A stretch of 27,560 nucleotides of DNA from a virus (taxonomy: Duplodnaviria; Caudoviricetes): positions 1 to 27,560 of the IMG/VR virus record IMGVR_UViG_3300017754_002232; one strand, written 5' to 3'. Shown here piece after piece: positions 7,848 through 15,687 of the stretch (within the stretch, counting starts at the first letter, position 1; the number at the start of each line of letters is the position of its first letter). A program made the translations under genes and the position numbers. The notes under the pieces were generated by a model that was not told where the DNA came from, searched no databases, and worked only from the letters and a program-made list of their open reading frames with translations.

Positions 7848-8138
7848 TTATGCCGCCTTCGCCTGCTCGTTGTCGAATTCCACGACAGCGCAGACATCGG
7901 CCTCTTGGATGATCTGGTAATCCTGGCCGTCGAATCGCTGCGTCGGCCAGTTCAGGTAATCGCCGTTTCCGTACTTGACGAAATCGCCCACCTTGGCCTG
8001 CTCCACCAGCGGCCCCACGGCGACGATAGTGCCCTCGTTGAACGGCTCGCGGTTCACCACATGGATGATGTCGCTCAGGTGTCGAGCTCGAGGTTTGACC
8101 ACGATGCGGTCGCGCAGAGGTCGGATCGGACAGGTCAT
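7848..8138 (-). CDS. groES: GroES-like co-chaperonin
   Basis: IRPLRDRIVVK, EGTIVAVGP, KVGDFVKY and YQIIQEADVCAVVE match the Cpn10 pattern. Confidence 0.9.
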   Translation of the reverse strand: MTCPIRPLRDRIVVKPRARHLSDIIHVVNREPFNEGTIVAVGPLVEQAKVGDFVKYGNGDYLNWPTQRFDGQDYQIIQEADVCAVVEFDNEQAKAA

Positions 8139-8338
8139 GCTGGTTTGGTCTTTGGCGGCCTGCCGCGTCGTTTGGGCGGCGGCTCAGCCTGCGGAGTGGT
8201 CAGGCTCATGATGGGGAGTTCGCTCGGGCGATACTCGCCGCACCAATCGGTGTGGTGCTTGGTCACGATCTGCGGATACCGCCGGCACTGGCCCAGCACA
8301 GGGTCCGGGGACCACCATCGGCAGGAACCGCAGTTCAT
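8135..8338 (-). CDS. Small 4-Cys metal-binding protein with C-terminal AT-hook
   Basis: Probable start ATG 8338: MNCGSCRWWSPDPVLGQCRRYPQIVTKHHTDWCGEY...PPKRRGRPPKTKPA; stop overlaps the GroES start (ATGA). Confidence 0.75.
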   Translation of the reverse strand: MNCGSCRWWSPDPVLGQCRRYPQIVTKHHTDWCGEYRPSELPIMSLTTPQAEPPPKRRGRPPKTKPA

Positions 8339-8358
8339 CGAAACGCCACCCGCGTGGG

Positions 8359-8571
8359 TCAGCCGGGCTGATGCGATTTGCGCCCGTGGACGTACTGCAC
8401 GCCGCTGTGGCTGCCGCCCGCGAAGCGGTTGTCGGGGCCGCAACGGTCCATGACGCCCATGCCGACGCCGGCCTTGGTGGCCCCGGAGCGTCCAGCGGTT
8501 GCTTGCGCGGGAATCTTGGCCTGGACGCCGTAGCCGGCGGGTTGCATGTAGGGGTTGCCCTTGGATTTCAT
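8359..8571 (-). CDS. Hypothetical Gly-rich basic protein (70 aa)
   Basis: AAGGAG RBS before the ATG; fits the operon between the ferritin-like and 4-Cys genes. Confidence 0.7.
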   Translation of the reverse strand: MKSKGNPYMQPAGYGVQAKIPAQATAGRSGATKAGVGMGVMDRCGPDNRFAGGSHSGVQYVHGRKSHQPG

Positions 8572-8619
8572 GGTGGTGCTCCTTGAGGGAATGTGATCGG
8601 TGGCGCCAGCTCGGCGCGG

Positions 8620-8961
8620 TCAATTCAGAAATCGCAGCTTGTACAGCGTGGAATCGATGAGTGCTGCGATCTCATCGACCAGATTCTGCAGTTCAGTATC
8701 CTGCGGCAAGTGCTCGCGGGATTCCGAAACGAAGGATTGCATTTTCTTCAGATATTCGATGGGGTCACCCGCGCCAAATCGCAGTTTCTCATGCGCACCC
8801 ATATACGCCTCGGCCAGCGCATCGGTTTTCTGCACGATACCATCGTAATACTCGCCCAGCGCGGTGTGCTTGGAGAAACTGTCGGTTTCCCAATGCATCA
8901 GGTGCGCATCGACGCTCGAGCGCAGCAGGAACATGACGAAGGTGGCGACGTCGTGGGTCAT
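8620..8961 (-). CDS. Ferritin/Dps-like four-helix protein (DUF5856-like)
   Basis: Probable start ATG 8961; HLMHW...SFSKHTALGEYY...DALAEAYMG...ELQNLVDEI...LYKLRFL pattern with His/Asp/Glu ligands. Confidence 0.8.
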   Translation of the reverse strand: MTHDVATFVMFLLRSSVDAHLMHWETDSFSKHTALGEYYDGIVQKTDALAEAYMGAHEKLRFGAGDPIEYLKKMQSFVSESREHLPQDTELQNLVDEIAALIDSTLYKLRFLN

Positions 8962-8994
8962 CGGAGGCGGCCAGCGAGGCGCAGCGTAGGTGGG

Positions 8995-9024
8995 CTTATA
9001 GCACGGCCCAGCGCAGGGGTGCAA
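8995..9024 (-). promoter_or_regulatory. Putative promoter of the late (head) operon
   Basis: TTGCAC-N18-TATAAG with TG extended -10, about 35 nt upstream of the ferritin-like gene. Confidence 0.5.
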
Positions 9025-9073
9025 GAGGTGTTGCAAAAATGCACGATGCACGGATAAGTTAGTGACCGCTCAC

Positions 9074-9167
9074 GGGGAGACTAGGGGAGGGTTGAACCAT
9101 TTACAGGGTATCGCGTGCGGGCGCGCGGGTGACGTATATAACCGGATAACCCTCCCCAACCCTCCCC
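9074..9167. repeat. Iteron-like inverted/tandem repeats; putative replication origin
   Basis: AACCCTCCCC twice in tandem (9148-9167), exact reverse complement GGGGAGGGTT at 9084-9093 and a partial copy GGGGAG at 9074-9079; directly downstream of primase-helicase. Confidence 0.6.
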
Positions 9168-9178
9168 TTGCCTCATTT

Positions 9179-11512
9179 TTAAGCGTTTTCCAGCCCCTTG
9201 GCCTTCTCCGCGGCCGTCAAGTCCAAGCCCTTGACCGTCATCACGCCAGCCCGCTTCACCTTCTGCAATCCGGGTACAACGCTCATCTTCTCACCCCACA
9301 CCGTCTGCGAAGGCTCATGCTCGCCCCTGGCGCGCTTCCAGCGCCTGAAGCTGGCGTACAGATCCGACGACTTGGCGAACGTGCCATTCTCGACCTTGCA
9401 GCATTCCTCCATCCACATGGCGATGTCGTCGTGCTCGGCCATATAGTCGCGGCTGGCGTCCTCCACGTTGCCAGGAATCGCCAAGCCGTCCGCGTACCAC
9501 TTGCGCGCCCCGTCGATGATCCAGGCCATGATGCCGGGCGCCTCGGCCTTCAATTTCTCGGGCAACTTGATGTCCTTGGCGCGGCCCTCAAACTTCTGCA
9601 GGAACGGCAGCAGCACCATGCGGCGGGCCATCGCAGGGTCGCCGCCCTTGAGCCGTGGCTTGTGGTTGCCAGCGATCAGGTGCTTGTGGCTCATGGTGAA
9701 CGTGAAGTTGTCCTGCCGCATGAACCGCGCCGTCAGTGTTTCGTCCCCGGTGAGCTCCTTGATCCGCGCCTCGGCCCAGAAACTTCCCTCCTCGAGCTCA
9801 TTGCTGACCGCCAGGCGCTTGCCGTGCAGCTGGGCCAGCTCGGTCGGATGCCGGTCGGTCTTGGTCATCATCAGCACTGTCGTGGGCAGCTTCAGCGCGT
9901 AAGAACCCATGATCCACATGAGTATGTCCAGCAGCGTGGATTTACCGTTGCTACCCTGACCGTGGGCAAAAAACAGTTTCTGCTCGCGCCTGTCTCCCGA
10001 GAGGCAATACCCGCACATGCGCTGCACAAACTCGATTGTGTCGGCGTCGTTGTTGAATACGTCGGATATGAACCGCAACCAGTTTTCTGTCGTCTGCTGA
10101 TTATCTGGCGATACTCTGGCAATCTGCGTCAGATACTGTGCGCGATTGCGTTCGTGCAGTTTTCCGGTGCGTAGATCGACCAGACCTGCAGGCGTGTTCA
10201 GCATCAGCGGGTCGTTGTCCCACTGCGATGCTGGCACCACGATATTGGGGTCGGACTGTGCGAGGAACAGCAGCGCGTTGACTGTTTTGGCGCTGGTGAT
10301 GGCCTTGCGCACCTTGGCGTCAGCCAACATCGCCTGCGACCGGGCCGCCTTGCGGGCGAGGTCGAACCGGATTAGGTGCTCGTCTCGTTTCCAGTGCGTG
10401 CCCTCGTCGTGCATCCAGCCCATGCCTGGCGTCCACCGCAGGCCGGCCCCGTACTGCGCCACGAACTCGAGCGCAAGCGAGTCGTCGGAGAACTCGGGCG
10501 GCAGGGGTTCGACTTCGCCGGTTTCAGGGTCGATGATTTCGGTCGCTTGGGGCGGTGCGGGCAGGGCCGGGGGCGTCGGGGCAGCGGGTGCCCAGACGGA
10601 CGCACGCGGCACCATCCACGCCTTGCACGCCTGCCACGAATCGAACCCGGCATCAGCCGCATCCCACCCATCAGGCTGGCCCGATACGTCCAGCACCTTG
10701 ACCTCGGCTGCATCCCCGGCAATGATCTGTGCCACACGCTGCATGGCCTTTTTGCCAGGCTCATCTGCGTCTGGCCACAGGAGCACCTTGCGGCCCTTCA
10801 GCGGCGTCCAGTCGGCTTTGTCCACCGCCATCGCGCCTGCCGGCCATGTGACCACCGCATATGGCGTGGCGAACCTGCGCGCAGCGTCTGCGGCCTTCTC
10901 GCCCTCTACCACCAGCACAGCAGCATCAGGACGCGCCTCGAGCTCCTGCAGCCCATACAGCGGCCTCGGAGCGGGCCACTGGCCCATGCCCCAAGCATCC
11001 CCGTCCCATGTCCACGGGATGATCTGCTTTCGGTCTCCTGCAGGGTCGTAACGTGCAACGTAGCCCAGCACCTCGCCGTTGCCGTCGAAGTACGTCCACC
11101 GCTGCGATGGCTTGCCCAAGTGCGGATGCACGCAAACGCAGTCTGCGCTGGCCTCTGGAACGGGCGTTACCACGCGCCGAGCTGGCTCTGCTGGCGGCTG
11201 CGGCCGATGCGTGCCGTTGACGCGAGCAACTGGCTTGGATTCGCCGCCGAGCTGCCAGAACGCATCGCCCATCGGCAGGCCGTGGATGGCCGCGTACAAG
11301 CTGATGAGGTCGCTGCCGTGATCGCCTGTAGCGAAGTCCGACCACGCACCTGTGGTGATGTTGACCTTGAGCGACTGACCGGAAGCCCCGCTGAGGTCTC
11401 CAGCCACCCATGCAGTGCCGCGTTTGCGGCCTCCGGGTAGCCAGGATGCGAGGTGAGATTCAGCCGATGCGAGCAGTTGACGGGCCAGGCCGTCGAAGTC
11501 GAGGCCGGCCAT
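9179..11512 (-). CDS. DNA primase-helicase (TOPRIM primase fused to P4/D5-type SF3 helicase)
   Basis: TOPRIM VLVVEGEKAADA and LLWPDADEPG; D5_N-like LNTPAGLVDLRTG; Walker A GQGSNGKST; IKELTGDETLTARF. Confidence 0.93.
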   Translation of the reverse strand: MAGLDFDGLARQLLASAESHLASWLPGGRKRGTAWVAGDLSGASGQSLKVNITTGAWSDFATGDHGSDLISLYAAIHGLPMGDAFWQLGGESKPVARVNGTHRPQPPAEPARRVVTPVPEASADCVCVHPHLGKPSQRWTYFDGNGEVLGYVARYDPAGDRKQIIPWTWDGDAWGMGQWPAPRPLYGLQELEARPDAAVLVVEGEKAADAARRFATPYAVVTWPAGAMAVDKADWTPLKGRKVLLWPDADEPGKKAMQRVAQIIAGDAAEVKVLDVSGQPDGWDAADAGFDSWQACKAWMVPRASVWAPAAPTPPALPAPPQATEIIDPETGEVEPLPPEFSDDSLALEFVAQYGAGLRWTPGMGWMHDEGTHWKRDEHLIRFDLARKAARSQAMLADAKVRKAITSAKTVNALLFLAQSDPNIVVPASQWDNDPLMLNTPAGLVDLRTGKLHERNRAQYLTQIARVSPDNQQTTENWLRFISDVFNNDADTIEFVQRMCGYCLSGDRREQKLFFAHGQGSNGKSTLLDILMWIMGSYALKLPTTVLMMTKTDRHPTELAQLHGKRLAVSNELEEGSFWAEARIKELTGDETLTARFMRQDNFTFTMSHKHLIAGNHKPRLKGGDPAMARRMVLLPFLQKFEGRAKDIKLPEKLKAEAPGIMAWIIDGARKWYADGLAIPGNVEDASRDYMAEHDDIAMWMEECCKVENGTFAKSSDLYASFRRWKRARGEHEPSQTVWGEKMSVVPGLQKVKRAGVMTVKGLDLTAAEKAKGLENA

Positions 11513-11514
11513 GG

Positions 11515-11820
11515 TCAGATCGGATCAGGGTCAGCAGCAGGAACCAGCCACATCATGTCTGGGTCGTTGTGCGTGACGTTCTCTTTCGCCTCGTCACAGA
11601 ACTCCCACGCCAACCCCCATGCTCGCACCTGTTCCGGGGTCGGCTTCTGCTGCCGGTTCCACATAACCGTAAGGATTCCCTTATGGTCATAGATCGCATC
11701 GATCAGCGTCGATGCTTGTTGTTCAGAAATCCCGTAAATCGCGCAGAAACAGTAACGGGCTTTCTTCAGGCGGTCAACCCGCCATCCCTCGGTCTCCGAC
11801 CGATTGGCACTGATGAGCAT
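11515..11820 (-). CDS. Hypothetical protein (101 aa)
   Basis: GAAGGAG RBS, visibly lower GC than neighbours, fills the gap before primase. Confidence 0.7.
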   Translation of the reverse strand: MLISANRSETEGWRVDRLKKARYCFCAIYGISEQQASTLIDAIYDHKGILTVMWNRQQKPTPEQVRAWGLAWEFCDEAKENVTHNDPDMMWLVPAADPDPI

Positions 11821-11896
11821 GGCTCACTCCTTCGGGCACTACGGTTGCGCTGCTGCGCGCCCGCTGGCCGGCCCAAACAACCAGCGGGGGATGGTC

Positions 11897-11927
11897 AGTA
11901 TAGCCCGCACCAGCAGGCCATCGTCAA
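11897..11927 (-). promoter_or_regulatory. Putative sigma70 promoter with long spacer
   Basis: TTGACG-N19-TATACT just after the SSB-like stop, followed by a CCCGCTGG...CCAGCGGG leader hairpin. Confidence 0.45.
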
Positions 11928-11930
11928 GCG

Positions 11931-12281
11931 TCAGAACGGGATATCCGAATCCATGTCATCAAACGCCGTGCCGGTCTTTACCGCAGCGCGCGGCACAGGC
12001 GGCACCGGGGCGCGGTCATGGATCACGGCTCGAGGTGCTGGCGCTGCCACAGGAGCCGACGCAGGCGCATATGCCGGCTGGGCATCCTTCGGCTGCACGC
12101 TGAGGGACATGTACTTCTGCCCCTCGAGCTTCGTCCCCTCGCGGCCTTCGCGGAGCCAGCCACTGATCCAGTATTCAACGCCGGCCACGTTGATGCTGCC
12201 CCGGTAATCCGGCCTCGATTCGTTGCCCTGCTTGTCGTTGCGGGCCAGAATCCCGCGATTCGTGTTCTCATACGTCGTCAT
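11931..12281 (-). CDS. Putative single-stranded DNA-binding protein
   Basis: RPDYRGSINV..EYWISGW...KYMSLSV core, Pro/Ala linker and acidic tail DDMDSDIPF typical of SSBs. Confidence 0.75.
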   Translation of the reverse strand: MTTYENTNRGILARNDKQGNESRPDYRGSINVAGVEYWISGWLREGREGTKLEGQKYMSLSVQPKDAQPAYAPASAPVAAPAPRAVIHDRAPVPPVPRAAVKTGTAFDDMDSDIPF

Positions 12282-12501
12282 CTATCGTCTCTCTGCGGCG
12301 CTGCCGCTGGTTGATGGGCCTGCGCCCGAGGTGAAACTGATGGCAGAAAGTGCAGTGGTACACCTGCCGAGACTTGCCGCGCCTGGTGCCACGCACGGCG
12401 ACGAGCTGGGCCTGAGTGAACGATGAAAAACTGACCTTACCATCGCACGCCGACGCCCGGTACGTGTCGCGTGGTGAGTGCGCTGGCTGGTGGTCGCTCA
12501 C
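12268..12501 (-). CDS. Small putative zinc-finger protein
   Basis: Probable GTG start at 12501 overlapping the upstream TGA; CDGKVSF...VYHCTFCHQFHL. Confidence 0.65.
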   Translation of the reverse strand: MSDHQPAHSPRDTYRASACDGKVSFSSFTQAQLVAVRGTRRGKSRQVYHCTFCHQFHLGRRPINQRQRRRETIDDDV

Positions 12502-12992
12502 GGCTCCCCCAGCAACACTAGCGCATCCTCCACCGACTGCACGATCCCCGCAACGCCGCCGTTGGCCTGGCACGCGCCGATGAGCATCTCCTGCTCGATG
12601 GTGCCCTTGCGCACACCGGGCCGCTTGCACTCCAGCAGGAACAGCCTGCCATCGGTGAGCTGCCCGAGGTAATCGCTTGCGCCCTTGGTGCGCCCAGGCT
12701 CGCCCCGCATGTACAGCCGGTAGAACACCGTGTAGCGGTCACCGTCCTGCACCGCGCCAGAGTTCAGGCGCATGAACCACGCCACGCGCCGATGCGCCCG
12801 CAGCAGGTCGAACACCGCGCGCATGACATCGGCTTCAGTGGCGTCTGTGCTGGGCTGGCGTTTGGCTCGAGGTTTTGGCGGTGGCGGTGCATTGAGCTCG
12901 ACCCGTGGCCGGTCGCTGAGGGCGGCGTAGAGGTCCATGCTCGCCTGGTTGCGGGCGATGGTTTCGCGGAGGGTTTCGCGGCGGCGGGTCAT
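12498..12992 (-). CDS. VRR-NUC domain (PD-(D/E)XK) nuclease
   Basis: Probable ATG at 12992 (ATGA overlap with the MTase stop); TEADV, GASD, LLECKRPG, TIEQ and GGVAGIVQSVED motifs. Confidence 0.85.
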   Translation of the reverse strand: MTRRRETLRETIARNQASMDLYAALSDRPRVELNAPPPPKPRAKRQPSTDATEADVMRAVFDLLRAHRRVAWFMRLNSGAVQDGDRYTVFYRLYMRGEPGRTKGASDYLGQLTDGRLFLLECKRPGVRKGTIEQEMLIGACQANGGVAGIVQSVEDALVLLGEP

Positions 12993-13954
12993 GCGAAGAG
13001 GTCTTCGGTCTGAGCGTCGAACCTGAAACCCTGCGCGGCCGCCGCCACGTTCTTCACAGCCTGCCGAAAGTAGCTGGGCTTCAGTTCCGCGCCGATGCCG
13101 CGCCGCCCCAGCAGAACCGGAACATACACCTCGGAACCGACGCCCATGAACGGCGTGAATACCGTCTCGCCAGGGTTGCTGCGCAGGACCACGCATCGCT
13201 CGATCACATCCAGTTGCAGCGGGTGAACGTGCTTCTCGTCTTCGCTGTCGCGCGCCTCTTGGTACGGCAGGACGCGATTGAACCGCACATCATCCCACAT
13301 GCAATCGGCGTACTGACGCCAGATCCAGTGCGAAAAACGGTTTTCTGTCTGCTTACCTGTCCAGCCTCGGTACGACAGGACATCGGCCGGAGGCGAGCGT
13401 TCGCCCGCGTAATCCAGCATGCCCACAGGATGTGCAACCGGGACAGGGTTCTTGCCAGCGCGCCGGAACAGCAGCAGGTAATCACCACTCGCCACTCCGC
13501 AATCGAGCGAGTCCTCGCACAGCGAGGCGTGCGCTAGGTTTTTCTGCATGGTGCGCAGGCGCACCTCGAGCGGCTCTTTCCAGATCATGTGCCGGCCGGC
13601 GTAGTGCCACCCCAGGCGCTCGTGCAACCGAATCACATCGCCCGGAAAGTCGATGTAACTATCCGTCCCGCTGTTGCTGCGCGGCACATCCATCACATGC
13701 ACGCAGGACATACGACCCGGCATCGTCACGCGCGCCAGCTCCTGCACGACGAACGCATACTGATCCATAAACTCGCCGTAGTCGGAGCAGTTCGACAGAT
13801 CGCGGTCGTCGCTGCTGTAGTGGTACAGGCCGCCGAACGGTGGCGAGTAGACCGACAGATGCACAGCTTCCTTCGGAAGCGCCTGCAGTACCTCCACGCA
13901 GTCACCGTTGTAGATCGCGTAGCGATCCGTAATCACTTGGTCTCGACAAGCCAT
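12989..13954 (-). CDS. DNA amino-methyltransferase (N4-C/N6-A, beta class)
   Basis: GDCVEVL, catalytic SVYSPPF, HVHPLQLDVIER, SAM-binding TPFMGVGSE and GIGAELKPSY. Confidence 0.92.
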   Translation of the reverse strand: MACRDQVITDRYAIYNGDCVEVLQALPKEAVHLSVYSPPFGGLYHYSSDDRDLSNCSDYGEFMDQYAFVVQELARVTMPGRMSCVHVMDVPRSNSGTDSYIDFPGDVIRLHERLGWHYAGRHMIWKEPLEVRLRTMQKNLAHASLCEDSLDCGVASGDYLLLFRRAGKNPVPVAHPVGMLDYAGERSPPADVLSYRGWTGKQTENRFSHWIWRQYADCMWDDVRFNRVLPYQEARDSEDEKHVHPLQLDVIERCVVLRSNPGETVFTPFMGVGSEVYVPVLLGRRGIGAELKPSYFRQAVKNVAAAAQGFRFDAQTEDLFA

Positions 13955-15342
13955 GACGGCACCTCCAGTTGTTGGGTGAATTTCGACGCGCGCTCGATGG
14001 CAAGAGCCGCGTTCATCTCGGACACGAGATTGGCAAACATGCGGTCGGCCTGCGTGGCCTTACGCTGCAGATTGGAGAGCACGCCACGCTCACCCTCCGT
14101 GGTGATGATGTCCACATGCACGGGACGCTTCTGACCGAAGCGCCAGCAGCGCCGCACACCTTGGTAATACTGCTCGAACGAGTGAGACGGGAAGAAGGTC
14201 ATGTGCGCGCAGTGCTGGAAGTTCAGACCCCATGCCCCGATGGCCGGCTTCGTCACCAGCACGCGGGCCTGGTTGCGCGCAAAGGCGAGCAATTTCTCCT
14301 CCTTCGCGTCATCGGAGTCCGAACCGCTGACCTGAATGGCGTCAGGAATCAGGCGCTCGAGCATGTCGCCTTCCGCGTTCAGGTGGCACCATACCATCGC
14401 AGGCTGGCCGGTGTCGCGCACCAGCGAAGCCGCGCGCTCGCACCGTTCGTCGATGGTTCTCCTGCGCTCGTCTCGCTGTTCCTTCAGGCCAACAGCCGGA
14501 AGCGCAAATAGCATGCCGTCGGCAAGTGTGTTCGCCTCTACCATGTGTTCCTGCTCGATCAGTTCCGGCAGCACGAAGCGCGTGTCATCGAACCCCAGAT
14601 CGGACGGCCTGCGGATAGCGCGAGCCCACGAGCACACCCAGCGCCAGAACGGTAGCTCCGCGTGCCCCTTCAACCGCCACTTGATAACCTCACCGCGCAT
14701 GCGACCGGTGGCGCTGTTGTTCAGATCGTTCTTGAAGAACCGATTGAGCATGTCCATGTGCCCGAGGTATCCAAGCGCCTCGGAGGATGTGCCCAGTTCG
14801 GTGAAGTCGTTCGGCGCAGCCGTCGCGGTAGCGAGCAGGCGATACGGCAGCTTGCGCGAGAAGGTCGTGATGGCCAACCGGGTCGCACCGTCGAAGCTCT
14901 TGAGAATGCTCGACTCGTCACACGCGATGCCGACGAAGTTGTCCGAGTCGAACAGGTGGAGTTTCTCGTAGTTCGCAATCGTGATGCCACGATGCACCGT
15001 GCCATCGCGCGAAACCTTGGCCTCGATCCCAAACCGCTCTGCCTCGGCCTGAATCTGGTGCGTCACGGCCAGCGGAGTGAGCAGCAGAACGTTCCCGTTC
15101 GTCTTGCGCACCACGTTGTCTGACCACACCAGCTCCATGGCAGTCTTGCCCAGCCCGCAGTCCGCGAAGATCGCGGCCCTGCCCTTGCGCAGCGCCCACT
15201 CGACCAGAGAGGCCTGGAAGTCGAAGAGCCACGATGGCATCGCCAAAGGCGCGAACCCGTGCTCTCCGTCTATCTGTGCCTTGCGGTCAAGGAACGCGGC
15301 GTAGTCTGACGCCGATTGGTTTTGCACTCTCTCTCCTTCCAT
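13933..15342 (-). CDS. SNF2-like superfamily 2 helicase/ATPase
   Basis: ADCGLGKT (I), DESS (II), ATATAAPND (III), WGLNFQ (V), QGVRRCWRFGQ (VI); true start may be GTG at 15327 after GAAGGAG. Confidence 0.92.
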   Translation of the reverse strand: MEGERVQNQSASDYAAFLDRKAQIDGEHGFAPLAMPSWLFDFQASLVEWALRKGRAAIFADCGLGKTAMELVWSDNVVRKTNGNVLLLTPLAVTHQIQAEAERFGIEAKVSRDGTVHRGITIANYEKLHLFDSDNFVGIACDESSILKSFDGATRLAITTFSRKLPYRLLATATAAPNDFTELGTSSEALGYLGHMDMLNRFFKNDLNNSATGRMRGEVIKWRLKGHAELPFWRWVCSWARAIRRPSDLGFDDTRFVLPELIEQEHMVEANTLADGMLFALPAVGLKEQRDERRRTIDERCERAASLVRDTGQPAMVWCHLNAEGDMLERLIPDAIQVSGSDSDDAKEEKLLAFARNQARVLVTKPAIGAWGLNFQHCAHMTFFPSHSFEQYYQGVRRCWRFGQKRPVHVDIITTEGERGVLSNLQRKATQADRMFANLVSEMNAALAIERASKFTQQLEVPSWLVETK

Positions 15343-15369
15343 GCGGCACCTTGCCGCGTTGATAAATCG

Positions 15370-15597
15370 TCACCGTGAACCCACGAACGCCACCGTCAGA
15401 AACACCCCGGCGTGCTGCAGTTTCACTAGCGCCGGGATGCCTCGCCTCCTCCAGTTCGCCACCCGCTGCGGGCCGCCCGAGCCGTAGCCGAGCCTGCGCG
15501 CCAGAGCAGTCGGGCCGCCGAGGTTGTCGATGATTTCGGAGTCAGGGTGCAGTGCGTGGTGGCTCACGCTGTGAGCCAGTGGGGGTGATATCGTCAT
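15370..15597 (-). CDS. Cro/YdaS-like HTH transcriptional regulator
   Basis: IIDNLGGPTALARRLG...PQRVANWRRRGIP; first gene of the leftward operon; probable ATG at 15597. Confidence 0.85.
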   Translation of the reverse strand: MTISPPLAHSVSHHALHPDSEIIDNLGGPTALARRLGYGSGGPQRVANWRRRGIPALVKLQHAGVFLTVAFVGSR

Positions 15598-15605
15598 GGG
15601 ATGGG

Positions 15606-15635
15606 ACTGTAACACGGCGTGGATAGGGATTGGAA
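15606..15635 (-). promoter_or_regulatory. Putative leftward promoter (possibly leaderless transcript)
   Basis: TTCCAA-N18-TACAGT with TG extension, 8 nt before the Cro-like ATG and no RBS. Confidence 0.45.
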
Positions 15636-15667
15636 TGGGCGCGCATCGTGCATGGCGTAAAACCCTG

Positions 15668-15684
15668 CTATTCTGTCGGAATAG
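15668..15684. promoter_or_regulatory. 17-bp operator-like palindrome
   Basis: CTATTCTG-T-CGGAATAG (one mismatch), flanked by AACCC/GGGTT. Confidence 0.4.
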
Positions 15685-15687
15685 GGG

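Noticed and set aside
8135-9051. ORF-track starts at 8623 and 9051
   Set aside because: The extensions overlap the 8359-8571 gene or the promoter region; starts at 8338 and 8961 fit better
9950-10170. Visibly AT-richer patch inside primase-helicase as a possible insertion
   Set aside because: Reading frame and D5-type sequence continue normally; at most a mosaic segment that cannot be assessed without homologs
12268-13196. ORF-track starts at 12630 and 13196
   Set aside because: Extensions run inside upstream genes; stop-start overlaps support 12501 and 12992
54-15304. Many long plus-strand ORFs (e.g. 776-2092, 3024-4016, 9062-10174, 10376-11440)
   Set aside because: Antisense shadows of well-supported minus-strand genes; high GC and codon bias suppress stops; no motifs recognised
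15343-15357. Short hairpin GCGGCA-CCT-TGCCGC between the Cro-like and helicase genes
   Set aside because: A 6-bp stem without U-tract is expected by chance at this GC content
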